From contig CAWAOD010000005.1 of NCBI GenBank assembly GCA_963783575.1, positions 128,001 to 192,000 on the forward strand: DNA of 64,000 nt. The letters run 5' to 3'. Made by a program: the position numbers and the translations under genes. Numbering within the stretch: the first letter of the stretch is position 1; the number at the start of each line of letters is the position of its first letter. This DNA is from an uncultured Spirochaetota bacterium (GTDB taxonomy: Bacteria; Spirochaetota; Brevinematia; Brevinematales; JAOACQ01). Below the pieces are notes generated by a model, which did not search any database, was not told the DNA's origin, and saw only the letters and a program-made list of their open reading frames with translations. Below are positions 52,524 to 63,962 of this stretch, piece after piece.

Positions 52524-54384
52524 GTGTCTGAACGGAAATACAGATAATGCAGTACTAGCAAGGGAATTATGGCATAAAATAAAATTGAAGATTTGAATAA
52601 AAAAGCAATACAAAACCGAATAAAAATGCTATAATATATTATCAGATATGGACATGCATCAACCCGACAAAAATATAATTTTTTAAATCTTCGAGGAAAA
52701 ATTTATGAGACAAAACGAAGAAGTACAGAAAAAGATCGGTGAAGTTGATATCAGTGAAATAGTGATTGATTTAACTTGCCGTGAGGTTCCAAAGCTGCTT
52801 ATGGGCCTGAAATATATATATTGCAATCCTGAAATCAAGGACAAAATATTCAAGATATTTGAGGAAATGATACCAGATAAAAAAAAGAAAAGAATCGGAA
52901 GAAAGGGGATGAGTATATGGGAAATCTTTGTGATGGGAATGCTGCGATTGAATTGCAACTGGGACTATGACAAACTCCAGGATCAGGCGAATAATCACAA
53001 AGCTATAAGGCAGATGCTTGGCAAAACTGAGTTTACTGTCGATAGATATGCTTTGCAGACACTCAGGGAGAACATTTCTCTATTCACTCCTGAAATACTA
53101 TCAAAGATTAATGAAGTGGTTGTTAAAGCCGGCCACGATCTTATTGGGGAAAAAGCAAAAAAAGGTTTAAAAGTGAAGGTTGATTCCTTTGTTGTTGAAA
53201 CAGACGTTCATTTCCCGACAGATATCAGTCTTCTGTTTGATGCCATGAGAAAGGTAATTACAGGTATAGTCGGATTCTTTAAAAATGCAGGTCTAACAGG
53301 TTTTCGCCAGGGGAAACATACTATCGGGAAGCTTAAAAAAAAAGTTATGAGCATACAAAGGCTGAAACGATCGACTTCAAAAGATCAAGTAAAGATAGGT
53401 AAAAGTGACAAACGGATAAAAAAGGAATACAGGAATTATCTCAAGGATATCGAAAATATTCTCTTGAAAGTAACAGATTCTCTAAAGATGGTTACAAATA
53501 TACCATTGGAAATGACATTAGAACATTATATTAGGCTGGCTCTAAAGCTGATGGATCAAGTCAACAGACGGGTACTGAAAGGTGAGGTTATCCATCACGA
53601 AGAGAAAATATTTTCGATTTTCGAGCCTCATACAGAGTGGATCAGTAAAGGAAAAGCCGGAGTACCACAGGAACTTGGAGTCCGGGTTTGTGTGGTGCAG
53701 GATCAGTTTGGTTTTATGCTTAATCACATGGTTATGGAAAAGAAGACTGACGAAGCGGTGGCAGTTAGTATTATGGAAGAAACTATTTCTGTATTTAATA
53801 ACATCAGACAGGTGAGCTATGATAAAGGATTTTACAGTCCTGAAAACAAGAGCAAACTGGGAAAAATGGTGGATAAACTGATTATGACAAGGAAAGGCAA
53901 GCTAACGATTGATGAAAAGGAGCGGGAAAAAACAGAGGAGTACCGGGTGGCAAAACGGGCACATAGAGCTGTGGAGTCAGGGATCAGCGCCATGGAAAAT
54001 CATGGTTTGGACAGATGCCTTGACCATGGAATAGTTGGGTTTAAGAGGTATGTCAGTTTGTCTTTTGTCGCCAGGAACATTCAGATTATGGGACATATCC
54101 TTGTGCAGAAAGAGATAAAGAGGCAGGAAAGAGAGGCACGCCTCCCGGGAAAAAAGAAAATTATGAAGGCAGCATAGATTTTCCGGCTAATTTGATATCT
54201 AAGGGTATAGTCTGCCCATAAGCTTTTAAAATGTTATATTTTGGTTTTTTTTGTATTAATTCTTAGATACGGTGCAAAGTATTTAATAAGTTTTGTTTCA
54301 GGAAAAATTTTTGTAATCAGGAAAATAGCATAACTGAGCTTTTGATTTAGAAATTTTTTAAAATTGGAGTTTCCGTTCAGGCAC
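52524..54384 (+). mobile_element. ISNCY (ISDol1-like) insertion sequence
   Basis: IRs GTGTCTGAACGGAAA / TTTCCGTTCAGGCAC (14/15); 6-bp TSD TAATTA at 52518-52523 and 54385-54390. Confidence 0.9.
52705..54177 (+). CDS. DDE transposase (ISNCY, IS5-like fold)
   Basis: VDSFVVETDVHFPTD, SIFEPHTEWISKGK, SYDKGF, RAVESGIS. Confidence 0.9.
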   Translation: MRQNEEVQKKIGEVDISEIVIDLTCREVPKLLMGLKYIYCNPEIKDKIFKIFEEMIPDKKKKRIGRKGMSIWEIFVMGMLRLNCNWDYDKLQDQANNHKAIRQMLGKTEFTVDRYALQTLRENISLFTPEILSKINEVVVKAGHDLIGEKAKKGLKVKVDSFVVETDVHFPTDISLLFDAMRKVITGIVGFFKNAGLTGFRQGKHTIGKLKKKVMSIQRLKRSTSKDQVKIGKSDKRIKKEYRNYLKDIENILLKVTDSLKMVTNIPLEMTLEHYIRLALKLMDQVNRRVLKGEVIHHEEKIFSIFEPHTEWISKGKAGVPQELGVRVCVVQDQFGFMLNHMVMEKKTDEAVAVSIMEETISVFNNIRQVSYDKGFYSPENKSKLGKMVDKLIMTRKGKLTIDEKEREKTEEYRVAKRAHRAVESGISAMENHGLDRCLDHGIVGFKRYVSLSFVARNIQIMGHILVQKEIKRQEREARLPGKKKIMKAA

Positions 54385-54462
54385 TAATTAGTTATATTTA
54401 GATCACCTTTTTTTAATAGTAAAATAAATTTAGTAAAAACATTTATAAGAAGGAAGGGCAAT

Positions 54463-55656
54463 ATGAACAAGGTTAGAATAATTTTATTGATGATAGTTGT
54501 CTTAATTCCCGTAATTAGCGCAACATTTCTGATAAAAGGAAAAATCTTTTCTGAAATAATGAAAACGGATATTCTGGCCGTTTCTAATGAGGGAGCCCTT
54601 ATGGATCTAGCTGAACGAGAAAAAGATAAACAAATGATTCGCAAAGCCGTCGAGGATGTTTTTGATGCTTATAACAGCACAGATGATGCCAGAATCACTT
54701 CAGTCCTTCATCAGTATATAAATCCGGATCAATGCAGGCTTGTTTTAATTCATATACCGGACTACGCGAACAGCATCAATGTAAACGGCAACGTCATTTA
54801 TAAGGACGGAATTGATTTTAGAAATAACAGATTTACTCTGGGAGATAATGACATTTTTACTACTTCTCCTGATCCCCTGTTAACCGGTTATATGAACGGA
54901 TATGCCGATGGGAGCGTTTCGATTCCAGACAAAAAAGTCGAAAAAGGCCCGTGGAAAATCTTTTGCAGCCTATATAAGATCGGAGACAAATGGTTTATCG
55001 AATATCTAATACTTGAAAAGTTTGATATGATTAAACTGGAATACTATACCCAATTACCTAAGGATTACGGGAAAGAACCGGATAAAAAATGGCCTTTGAT
55101 TGTATTCATGCACGGTGCCGGGGAAAGAGGAGGAACGCTTGATGACGTTAAAAAAATTAATCACAGTATTCCGATGGTAGCTTCAACCGCCAAGGATTTT
55201 CCTTTTATTGCAGTGTCTCCTTTGTGCCCTTCACTTTATCCATGGAAAAATTTGCCATACTCAATTAGTAATATGATAGATGAACTATCTGCAAAATATA
55301 ATATTGATGAGGATAGAATTTATTTGACCGGTTTAAGCCTTGGCGGCATTGGCACCTGGAGCATAGCCCTGCAGTTTCCTGATATGTTTGCCGCAATAGC
55401 ACCGGTTTGCGGAAGTGTGGACCCGGATAAGGTGGAAAAACTGAAGAATCTTCCGATTTGGGCTTTTCATGGCGCAAAAGATACCATAGTCCCAATGGAT
55501 GAGGAGCAGAAAGCGGTTGATGTATTAAAGGCTTGCGGTGGCAATATTCGATATACAGTTTATCCTGATGTGGAGCATGATGCATGGAATAAAGCATATC
55601 CGAATATGGAATTGTATGACTGGTTTCTGCAGCATTCACGGATGAAGAATAAATAA
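54463..55656 (+). CDS. Exported esterase/peptidase (alpha/beta hydrolase)
   Basis: PLIVFMHGAGERG, TGLSLGG, FHGAKD, EHDAW. Confidence 0.88.
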   Translation: MNKVRIILLMIVVLIPVISATFLIKGKIFSEIMKTDILAVSNEGALMDLAEREKDKQMIRKAVEDVFDAYNSTDDARITSVLHQYINPDQCRLVLIHIPDYANSINVNGNVIYKDGIDFRNNRFTLGDNDIFTTSPDPLLTGYMNGYADGSVSIPDKKVEKGPWKIFCSLYKIGDKWFIEYLILEKFDMIKLEYYTQLPKDYGKEPDKKWPLIVFMHGAGERGGTLDDVKKINHSIPMVASTAKDFPFIAVSPLCPSLYPWKNLPYSISNMIDELSAKYNIDEDRIYLTGLSLGGIGTWSIALQFPDMFAAIAPVCGSVDPDKVEKLKNLPIWAFHGAKDTIVPMDEEQKAVDVLKACGGNIRYTVYPDVEHDAWNKAYPNMELYDWFLQHSRMKNK

Positions 55657-55742
55657 AGACTTTTGCAGTTATCAGGGGATCGGGCGAATGATAAGTTATA
55701 AATATATTGAATTCAGGTTAAAAAATAAAGGAGGTTATTAAT

Positions 55743-56171
55743 ATGTTAAAAAAAGAAATGGTAATTCTATTGCTGTTTAGCGTATTTATTGAAGCAGGAT
55801 GTTCCAAACAAAATGCCGGGGACATAAAGGCTATCCGGAAAACAGTGCAGGATTATTGCGAAGGATTTCAGACTGGTGATGCCGACAGGATGGCTAAATC
55901 AGTGCATCAGAATTTGGCGAAAAGAATGGTAAGCAGCCCGGAACAAGACAGTGTATTGAACGAATTAAACAAAGATCAAATGATTGAAATAACAAAATCC
56001 ATAGGAAAAGGCGCAAAAATAAAATATGAGATGAAAATACTGGACATAGATGGTAACATTGCTTCGGTAAAAACCAAAGGCCGTTTCATCGATTATTTAC
56101 ATTTGGCAAAATTTAATAATGAATGGGTTATCATAAATGTACTTTGGGAAAATCATACTAATAAAATGTAA
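55743..56171 (+). CDS. NTF2-like (lumazine-binding family) lipoprotein
   Basis: EAGC lipobox; DYCEG...IASVK...DYLHLAKFNNEWVIINVLW. Confidence 0.8.
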   Translation: MLKKEMVILLLFSVFIEAGCSKQNAGDIKAIRKTVQDYCEGFQTGDADRMAKSVHQNLAKRMVSSPEQDSVLNELNKDQMIEITKSIGKGAKIKYEMKILDIDGNIASVKTKGRFIDYLHLAKFNNEWVIINVLWENHTNKM

Positions 56172-56177
56172 ACAGCA

Positions 56178-56279
56178 AGGGAGAAGGTAGATCTTGATAT
56201 GGCTTTTATCTATTCGCTTTATTCAAGCTTTACTCTGTCCCACAAAGGCAAACTTTTAGATACCACCCCGGGGAGATTA
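56178..56279. repeat. att-like dispersed repeat copy 4 (degenerate)
   Basis: TCAAGCTTTACTCTGTCCCACAAAGGCAAACTTTTAGATACCACCCCGGGGAGATT aligns with copy 1. Confidence 0.75.
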
Positions 56280-56439
56280 ATGTTGGCTTACAAATCCATA
56301 CTTGAAAGAACTGCTTAATCTTCGAAAAAAAGTTGCTTTGATCAATATAATCCAGCCATATAGTAGTTTCAATTATCTGTTGTAAAATCATTTCTCATAC
56401 CTTGATCGAATGTTATTTTAAAAAATATTTTTATACATC

Positions 56440-56500
56440 TTGACAAATCCATTTTTTTATTTTATATTAAACATTGCTTATAACATTGTTTAAAACATTG
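56440..56500 (+). promoter_or_regulatory. Promoter and probable operator of the TetR-family operon
   Basis: TTGACA-17 bp-TATATT followed by AACATTG three times at exact 12-bp spacing (56470, 56482, 56494). Confidence 0.65.
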
Positions 56501-56517
56501 ATTTGAAAGGAGATTTT

Positions 56518-57135
56518 ATGAAAAGAAACTTGGATAAATCTACCAGGGAACATATCCTGAAAAAAACAATGGATTTGCTTTTCAGCACTATGCCGGAAAA
56601 ATTGACTTCAAGGGGTATCTCGGAAGCATCCGGCGTTAATGTAGCAGCCATTAATTATTATTTTCAGAGTAAAGATAAACTGGTTGATGAAGCGGTTGAG
56701 ACTGGAACGGAGATTGCCTTCAGAAAGGGAATGGAAATACTCATGACGGAAGGTAATGATCCCAGAAAAAGACTTTCCGATTTCCTGACCGGTTATGCGC
56801 ATGGGTCGATGGAATATCCCAGACTCACCCGGGCAGCTTTTAATAACCTCTTTTTAAAGGAAGCTGAAAGCAATCCTTTCGGCCGCTATAGTAAAGAAAT
56901 GATTGAAAATATCGGAAAGGTTATAGGAGAAGCATCAGGATCAACCGATCAGGAAAAAAATAAAAACAAGGCATTAATGATGGTTGGAAGTGTCATTTTC
57001 CCATTTTTGATCCCCAAAACATTGCTGGAATCGGGGATAATTGATTATGGAAACGCTGAAAAACGGAATATATATATTGACGATATGATAGATTTATTAA
57101 TGGAAAATTATATTAAGGAGACGGGTCATGCCTAA
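56518..57135 (+). CDS. TetR/AcrR-family regulator
   Basis: TSRGISEASGVNVAAINYYFQSKDKL HTH. Confidence 0.9.
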   Translation: MKRNLDKSTREHILKKTMDLLFSTMPEKLTSRGISEASGVNVAAINYYFQSKDKLVDEAVETGTEIAFRKGMEILMTEGNDPRKRLSDFLTGYAHGSMEYPRLTRAAFNNLFLKEAESNPFGRYSKEMIENIGKVIGEASGSTDQEKNKNKALMMVGSVIFPFLIPKTLLESGIIDYGNAEKRNIYIDDMIDLLMENYIKETGHA

Positions 57136-58609
57136 AAAAATTATTATTATTGGAGCAGGTATCGCCGGACTATCAGCGGGTTGCTACGCCAGAATGAATG
57201 GTTATGAAACGGAAACCTTTGAGATGCATACATTGCCCGGCGGTGTTTGTACCGGCTGGAGAAGGAATGGATATACCTTCGATGGCTGTATGCACTGGTT
57301 AATCGGATCATCAACCGAAAATCCTTACCACCGTATATGGGAAGAGCTTGGGGCCCTGGAGGGAAAGAAAATAACCAACCATGAAGAATTCTGCCGGATG
57401 GTTCTAAGGGACGGGCATGTACTTTCGCAGTATGGAAATATTCCACAGCTGATCAACCATCTGAAGGCGGAGTTTCCTGAAGATTCCGGGGAGCTCGATG
57501 CGATGGAGAAGGATATATTATTATTCTGTGAGCTCAGAATGCCGCTGGGATCGGCAAAACCCATGAGTTTATGGAAGAAAATTAAAGGATTCTCAAAGAT
57601 TAAACCTTATCTTCCTCTTTTTAAAAAGTACTCCTGTAATATTGAAACCTTTGTTCGGAAATTTAATAATCCTGACCTTCGGGAATTTATACTCGCCATT
57701 ATACCGATGCCGGATTTTCCAGCAACTTCACTGCTCGGAATAATGTCTGTTTTGCATAAAAAGGAAGCAGGATGGCCTGAAGGAGGTTCTCTTGAGTTCG
57801 CGAAATCTATCGAGAAACGATACACAGACTTGGGAGGAACAATCCATTACGGATACCGGGTTAATGAAATAATTGTAAACCGCGGAAGAGCTACGGGAAT
57901 AAGGCTGGCTGATGGAAGCGTACATTTTGCCGATGATGTGATTGGAGCCGCCGACGGCCATTCCACAATCTTCGGTATGCTACATGGAAAATATGTTAAC
58001 GGCAGGATCAGGAAAGATTACGAAACCATGCCGCTTTATGATCCGATAGTCCAGGTATCCTTCGGGGTCAAAAAAAATATCGATCTTCCAAGGCTGACCT
58101 TTTATTGTTTCCAGGAGGGCGTTAAATTTGGTAGTACCAATGTTGGGTGGCTTTGGCTGAATAATTACGGCTTTGACCCGGCTATGGCCCCGGCAGGGAA
58201 GTGTCCTCTCACTGTGATTTTTATGAGTCCATTCGACATATGGGAAAAATTAAATGATAATAAAGATGCTTACCTCGAGGAGAAAAACAGGGTACTTGCA
58301 GAAATTACAACCTGGCTGGAATCCAGAATCCCGGGAATAACCGATGCCATTGAGGTAACAGATGTCGCGACGCCATTGACAACCGTGCGTTATACCGCGA
58401 ATTACCGCGGTTCTTTTGAGGGATGGCGGCCTACTGTTTGTACCATGCAGAAAAAACTCGCAAGAAAATTACCGGGTTTGAAAAACTTCACCATGATCGG
58501 ACAATGGACTGCCGGTTTTTCCGGACTTCCATCTGTTGCCAGGGACGGAAGAATTGTCATCGAGGAATTGTGTATCAGGGACGGAAAGGAATTTATGACA
58601 AGCATATAA
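57128..58609 (+). CDS. Phytoene-desaturase-family FAD-dependent oxidoreductase
   Basis: IIGAGIAGL, PGG...WRRNGYTFDG, DVATPLT, GQW. Confidence 0.88.
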   Translation: MPKKIIIIGAGIAGLSAGCYARMNGYETETFEMHTLPGGVCTGWRRNGYTFDGCMHWLIGSSTENPYHRIWEELGALEGKKITNHEEFCRMVLRDGHVLSQYGNIPQLINHLKAEFPEDSGELDAMEKDILLFCELRMPLGSAKPMSLWKKIKGFSKIKPYLPLFKKYSCNIETFVRKFNNPDLREFILAIIPMPDFPATSLLGIMSVLHKKEAGWPEGGSLEFAKSIEKRYTDLGGTIHYGYRVNEIIVNRGRATGIRLADGSVHFADDVIGAADGHSTIFGMLHGKYVNGRIRKDYETMPLYDPIVQVSFGVKKNIDLPRLTFYCFQEGVKFGSTNVGWLWLNNYGFDPAMAPAGKCPLTVIFMSPFDIWEKLNDNKDAYLEEKNRVLAEITTWLESRIPGITDAIEVTDVATPLTTVRYTANYRGSFEGWRPTVCTMQKKLARKLPGLKNFTMIGQWTAGFSGLPSVARDGRIVIEELCIRDGKEFMTSI

Positions 58610-58668
58610 CGGCTTCTCATTTAACGGTATCGTTTGAGGGAGGAGATTTATTCCGGTATGGTCTTTTT
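58600..58668. repeat. Partial copy of the att-like repeat arm
   Basis: Minus strand reads KDHTGINLLPQTIPLNEKPLY, versus KGHTKINLLPQSMPLNDAPLY in copy 1. Confidence 0.7.
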
Positions 58669-58999
58669 TAATTGTTCAAAATCCTGTTGTGAGGCTTTAT
58701 CAAACTTATCAAGACACTCGCCGGAATTGACTGCCGACGAGTGTCCTTCCTTATTTTATTCCAAATATCAACCAAACATACGGTATGTCCTTTAATTTGG
58801 TTCATTCACCACATTCCGGCTTAATATGCTCACAGTCCAGATTTTCTTCCAAGCCTCAGTAAACACATTTTTTTACAATCTATCAACTGCTTATCCTTAC
58901 GAAGAATATCCGACCATAAAATGATACCATCGCTAAGTTGTTGGATTTTGACTTGATTTTCATTTCTTCTTATACTAAAATAAGTCTGTTAAAGAATGG

Positions 59000-59929
59000 A
59001 TGAGAAAAATGAAAGATTTTACTAAAAACAGGGATTATTTTTCTAAAAAAGTTGCAGATTCAGTTAGCGCAATATTATCCTATTGGGATAATGACCAGGT
59101 ATGCAGGTTTGTAAATCATGCTTTTTTGGATTGGTTTGGTAAAAAAAGTGAAGATATTATTGATAAATTGACAATAAAAGAATTATTGGGGCCGGTTTAT
59201 CAAATAAGCTTGCCGTATTTAAAAAAAGCATACAGGGGTTTAGTTCAGGAATTTGAACGCGAGATACCATCTCCGGTTGGAGAAGTAAGATATACCATAA
59301 CAACTTATACACCGGTTGTAGAAAATGGAGAAGTTATAGGAATAATTTCCCATATTGCAGATATTACCTATTTAAAAAAAATGGAAATGGAGCTTAAAAG
59401 AGCAAAAGAAAAAGCCGAGGAATCAGCAACGCATGATTTTTTAACAGGCCTGCCAAACAGGGTTTTTCTCCATGATAGAATTCGAAATGGTATTTCGTTG
59501 GCCGAAAGAAATGGAACAATGATAGGAGTATTGCTGATTGATATTGATAATTTTAAAGCGATAAATGATACTTTCGGGCATTTATCCGGGGATGAAGTAT
59601 TGAAAGAAATAGCAAACAGGTTAAAATCAGCGATAAGAAAATACGATACGGTATTCCGGGTCGGAGGAGATGAATTTCTTGTTCTGTCAATTGAAATTAA
59701 AAAAATAGATCAAATTGATATCCTGGCAAAGCGCCTTTTAAAATTAGCCAGATTGCCATTAATTATAAAAAATATGACTATTCAACCCCTATTTAGTATT
59801 GGAATAGCTGTTTATCCTGAAAATACCGGAACTCCTGATGAATTGATAAATAATGCGGATAAAGCATTATATAAATCTAAAGAATCAGGGAAAAACTGTT
59901 ATTATTTTAGTAATTTAACTAATGCATAA
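59000..59929 (+). CDS. PAS-domain diguanylate cyclase
   Basis: PAS fold, HDFLTGLPNR, DIDNFKAINDTFGH, intact RVGGDEF. Confidence 0.93.
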   Translation: MRKMKDFTKNRDYFSKKVADSVSAILSYWDNDQVCRFVNHAFLDWFGKKSEDIIDKLTIKELLGPVYQISLPYLKKAYRGLVQEFEREIPSPVGEVRYTITTYTPVVENGEVIGIISHIADITYLKKMEMELKRAKEKAEESATHDFLTGLPNRVFLHDRIRNGISLAERNGTMIGVLLIDIDNFKAINDTFGHLSGDEVLKEIANRLKSAIRKYDTVFRVGGDEFLVLSIEIKKIDQIDILAKRLLKLARLPLIIKNMTIQPLFSIGIAVYPENTGTPDELINNADKALYKSKESGKNCYYFSNLTNA

Positions 59930-62147
59930 CAAAAATAAATACTATGATAACATCAAAAGTATCATGAGGGAGGGGAGATTATGAAATTATGTGTTATTTT
60001 TAAACAGGGTAATAAGTTATTAAACTTTGAAATAAAAACTTTTGACAATACGAATACTATTAACAGGGGGTTGCAATGAAACAAATTGACCTTCTTTTCA
60101 ATATTCTGGAGCAGAACAACATCTATGAAGACGGATCTGATCTAAACATAATACTAAACAAGATGGTGCATACGATATCCGAGTTTATGAAATCTACTGT
60201 TTGTTCCATATATTGTATAGATGAGCAATCCGGAGAACTGATCCTATTCGCTACCGCCGGCCTCAACCCGGAAGCAATTGGAAAAATTAAGATGAAAATA
60301 ACTGAAGGCCTCGCCGGTCTTGCGCTGAGGGAATCAAGGGTAATTTACGATGAGCGGGGTTCAACTAATCCGAATTTCAAAAGTATTCCCGGAATCAATG
60401 AGGAGAAATACGATATTTACCTTGTTCTGCCCATTGAAAAAGGGATCACGAAAATAGGAATTATCATTCTTCAGCGGGAAATAGGAAAAACTTTTACAAA
60501 AAGCGAAATCAGGTTGTCAAAAGCCGTCTCTTCTTATCTGGCTGTATTGATTGAAAATGCCAGGTTAATGAACGATATAGGCAGCCTGTACAAGGCTAAA
60601 AGTCATAAAATTGTAAAAACCGGGATTGATGCCACTTATAATATCATTCAGGGAAAAACTGCGTCTGAAGGGTATAATTATTCCGAGATATACAAAATCA
60701 GCCAGACAAATCCTTTTTTTATAAAAGAGAGCCTGAATAAGAAATACACCAGGGAAGAATTTATCGAAGCCTGAATTCGACTGAAAAAGAAATAGCCAAA
60801 CTTCAGAAGATGATTGAGAAGGATTTCTCCGAAGCGGCTTCGCTTATTTTCGGAACCTATCTTATGATGCTTCGTGATAGTAATTTCAGCGGAGAAATGC
60901 TGAAGCTGATTGATAGCGGCGAAAATCCCCCCATCGCTATAATAAAAATTGCGAAGAACTATATTAAACTTCTTTTGAATAGTCCCAATGATTATATTAA
61001 AGAAAAGGCGAAAGACATAGAAGACATAACAAAAAGGATTTTGAATAATCTCTTGAAAAAAGAAGACGGCATTTCAGGCATTATGAACAAAATCGTCATT
61101 GCCCCTGAACTTCTTCTTTCCGATCTTTTCCGCCTTTATTCGGAGAAAGCGGGGGGGATTATTCTTCTGAAGGGAGGTGTGACATCCCATTTCTCGATCC
61201 TTGCCCGTACCCTGCACATACCTGTCATAATAGTGGAAGACCCGGGTATCCTGGAACTGCCGGATTCAACCAGGATTTTAATGGACAGCGAGACCGGTAA
61301 TATTTACATTAATCCTTCCAAAGAGATAATAGACGAATACTACCAAATTGAAAAATCAAGAAAAGAACTCCTGCATGAAAATATGAAATTGAAACAAAAA
61401 ACCATTACATTGGATGGAGCCGGAATAAACCTGATGATTAATGTAAATCTTCTGAGAGATTTGAAGATCGCGGAGAAGATACCTTACGAAGGTGTGGGGC
61501 TTTACAGGACGGAAATGCCTTTCCTGATAAGAAAGGATTTCCCAGACGAAGAGGAACAATATAAGATATACAAAATACTCATGGACGGTACCAAAGGCAA
61601 AGAAGTGACTTTCAGAACGCTTGATATCGGAGGGGATAAGGTCTTGCCGTACAATAATTTCCCGAAAGAACAAAACCCTTTCCTCGGCCTTCGTTCTATT
61701 CGGTTTTCATTAAGACAAACCGACATTTTCAAACAACAAATCAGGGCCATTCTCCGCGCCGGATACATGTCGAAAATTAGGATTATGTTTCCGATGATAT
61801 CTTCCATTGAAGAATTTGTTGAAGCGAAAAATATCGTCATCGAATGTTCAAAATACCTGGATAGTAAAAATATCCCTCATCATAATAACCCGGAAATCGG
61901 TATGATGATAGAACTTCCTTCTGTTGTGGAGATGATGGATGATTTTTGCGCCGTATCCGATTTTTTTTCAATAGGAACAAATGACTTCATACAATACATT
62001 TTAGCGGTCGATAGAACTAACGATAACGTTTCAAATATGTATATTGCTCACCACCCGGCGGTTCTCAGGGCGCTGAACCTTATTATTACTTCGAGTATAA
62101 ATCATGGTAAGGATATCTCGATTTGCGGCGACATGGCGAACAAACTA

Positions 62148-63280
62148 GTGCTTAATTGCGTAAGTTAACGATAGTATTTCTTAATTGAGAACCTTTCACT
62201 TCCCGTTTTCTCCACACAAAAGGTTTTGCGGTTTCAGTGTATGCTTTAACAAATGCATCTATTGCTTCTCTCAATTCTTCCGTGTTTTTAAAACTGGCGC
62301 CTCTAAGAGCTTTTCGGCTCATAATACCAAACCATATTTCCACCTGATTTAACCAACTTGCCGAAGTAGGCGTGTAATGAAAAAAAACATTCTTATTCCG
62401 GGATAACCATTCATCGTTCTTTTTGTGAATACAATAATTGTCTAAAATTACATGAATTTCTTTATCTTTTGAAACATCTACCACCACTCTATCCATAAAC
62501 TCAAGAAATTCAATACGTCTTTTGTATTCAGTAGTTTGGGTGTGTATTAACCCTGTAGCTACTTCCAGCGCAGCAAATAGGTTCAGCGTTCCATTTCTTT
62601 TATATGTACTTTTGTATCCTCTTACAATTTTTCCATTATCCGTCTCTACATAGCCGGTTGTCCTTTCCAACGCTTGAATACCAGGTTTTTCGTCTACAGA
62701 TATAACCAATGCATTCATCGGCGGATTTAAATACAACCCAATAATATTTGTGGCTTTTGTCGAAAATTCAGGATCAGTGCTGACACACCAACTTCGCTGT
62801 CGGGATAAGCAAATTCCTTCTTTTCTTAAAACCCTCCATACTGCATGCGTTGATGTGTTTAAATGTTTTGCTAAAGCCGGACCATCCCAAATTGCCTGCC
62901 CGATAGGCGGTGTTTTTTCCAGAGTTTCTAAAACTTTGTCCCTGAAATTCTGCCCATATATTTTTGGCTTTCCTGACCTGGGCAGATCATACAATCCATC
63001 AATTCCTTTTTGCTGAAATCTTTTTTTCCAATCAATAACCGTATTTGGTCTTATGTGAAGGTCAGCCGCAATCTCAGATACATTTTGTCCTTTCAGGCTA
63101 TTGACAATTATTTTCGCCCTCTCTACAAGTCGCGCTTCCATAGTTCGGCTTCTCACCCAACTATCAAGAATAATTTCATCCGCTTTGGTGCATGTTATAA
63201 CTTGCGTTTTCTTAGACATACAACCTCCTTTTTTATGTCTAAGATTATAATTAATAACGCTTATTATTGCAATTAAGCAC
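62148..63280 (-). mobile_element. IS630-family insertion sequence
   Basis: Perfect 12-bp IRs GTGCTTAATTGC / GCAATTAAGCAC; TA duplication at 62146-62147 and 63281-63282. Confidence 0.95.
62152..63219 (-). CDS. IS630 transposase
   Basis: HTH, SVDEKPGIQAL, ILDNY, SWLNQVEIWF. Confidence 0.93.
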   Translation of the reverse strand: MSKKTQVITCTKADEIILDSWVRSRTMEARLVERAKIIVNSLKGQNVSEIAADLHIRPNTVIDWKKRFQQKGIDGLYDLPRSGKPKIYGQNFRDKVLETLEKTPPIGQAIWDGPALAKHLNTSTHAVWRVLRKEGICLSRQRSWCVSTDPEFSTKATNIIGLYLNPPMNALVISVDEKPGIQALERTTGYVETDNGKIVRGYKSTYKRNGTLNLFAALEVATGLIHTQTTEYKRRIEFLEFMDRVVVDVSKDKEIHVILDNYCIHKKNDEWLSRNKNVFFHYTPTSASWLNQVEIWFGIMSRKALRGASFKNTEELREAIDAFVKAYTETAKPFVWRKREVKGSQLRNTIVNLRN

Positions 63281-63668
63281 TAGAATACCTGACCTTCCTG
63301 ATCGGTTCGGGAATAAGGAAGATCAGCATTGAACCCATGAATTTTCCGAAAGTCCAGGAATTCATCTCTAGTATTGATACAAGTCAAGCGGTACTGCAGG
63401 TTCAAGAGGTCTTAAAAATGAGCACAATTAAAGAGATAGAAACAATATTGATGCGTTCCCACACTACCTAAAATAATTATAATTCACAGGCTTCTGTCAT
63501 CTTCAATTCGACTTCCAATAGCCTTTCTGCTATTTTCTCGATGGTTCCTTTTTTCCCTTCTAGAAATTTGACAACTTTTTCGAACATAAACTAACCTTGC
63601 ATTTAATTCTGGCTTTTCAATGGTTCGATTTGACTCACCGCATCAAAATTCATAATCTGGCGTATGCT

Positions 63669-63962
63669 TCACCTCAAATGTAGTTTGAGATAAGTGAATA
63701 CACCGTCTAGTGCATCGGGAACATCTGGGTGAGGCCATGAGGAAAAATCTGATTGACTCCAGATGAAAGGTTTGCCATCATAGTAAGCTGTACCGTAACG
63801 CATCCAAAATCCTCGTACATTGGAGGTCAAGTCAATTTTCCCTGAAAGTCTTTCAAAATCGCGGACCATGCTGGCTGTGATAACTTTAGCGTCAATAGCC
63901 CCGAAAGGTGCGGTTCCAAATTCATCCAGATAAGGTTCTATCGCAAGATCGAAGCGGGACAT
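63669..63962 (-). CDS. Hypothetical protein (weakly GAD-like)
   Basis: 97-aa ORF; FWMRYGTAYYDGKPFIW only loosely resembles GAD-like domains. Confidence 0.3.
   Translation of the reverse strand: MSRFDLAIEPYLDEFGTAPFGAIDAKVITASMVRDFERLSGKIDLTSNVRGFWMRYGTAYYDGKPFIWSQSDFSSWPHPDVPDALDGVFTYLKLHLR

Larger units (their letters stand above)
60076..63471 (+). pseudogene. ptsP: GAF-domain PTS enzyme I (EI-Ntr), frameshifted at ~60771 and interrupted by IS630
   Basis: N-terminal GAF; GGVTSH, GLYRTE, RTLDIGGDK, SIGTND, ICGDMA. Removing the IS and one TA restores ANKL|EYLTFLIGSGIRKISI to TAA 63469-63471. Confidence 0.88.

Noticed and set aside
58712..58746. GACACTCG...CGAGTGTC hairpin as an ncRNA or IS200 end
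   Set aside because: No associated TnpA or other support; most simply a terminator-like stem after the oxidoreductase.
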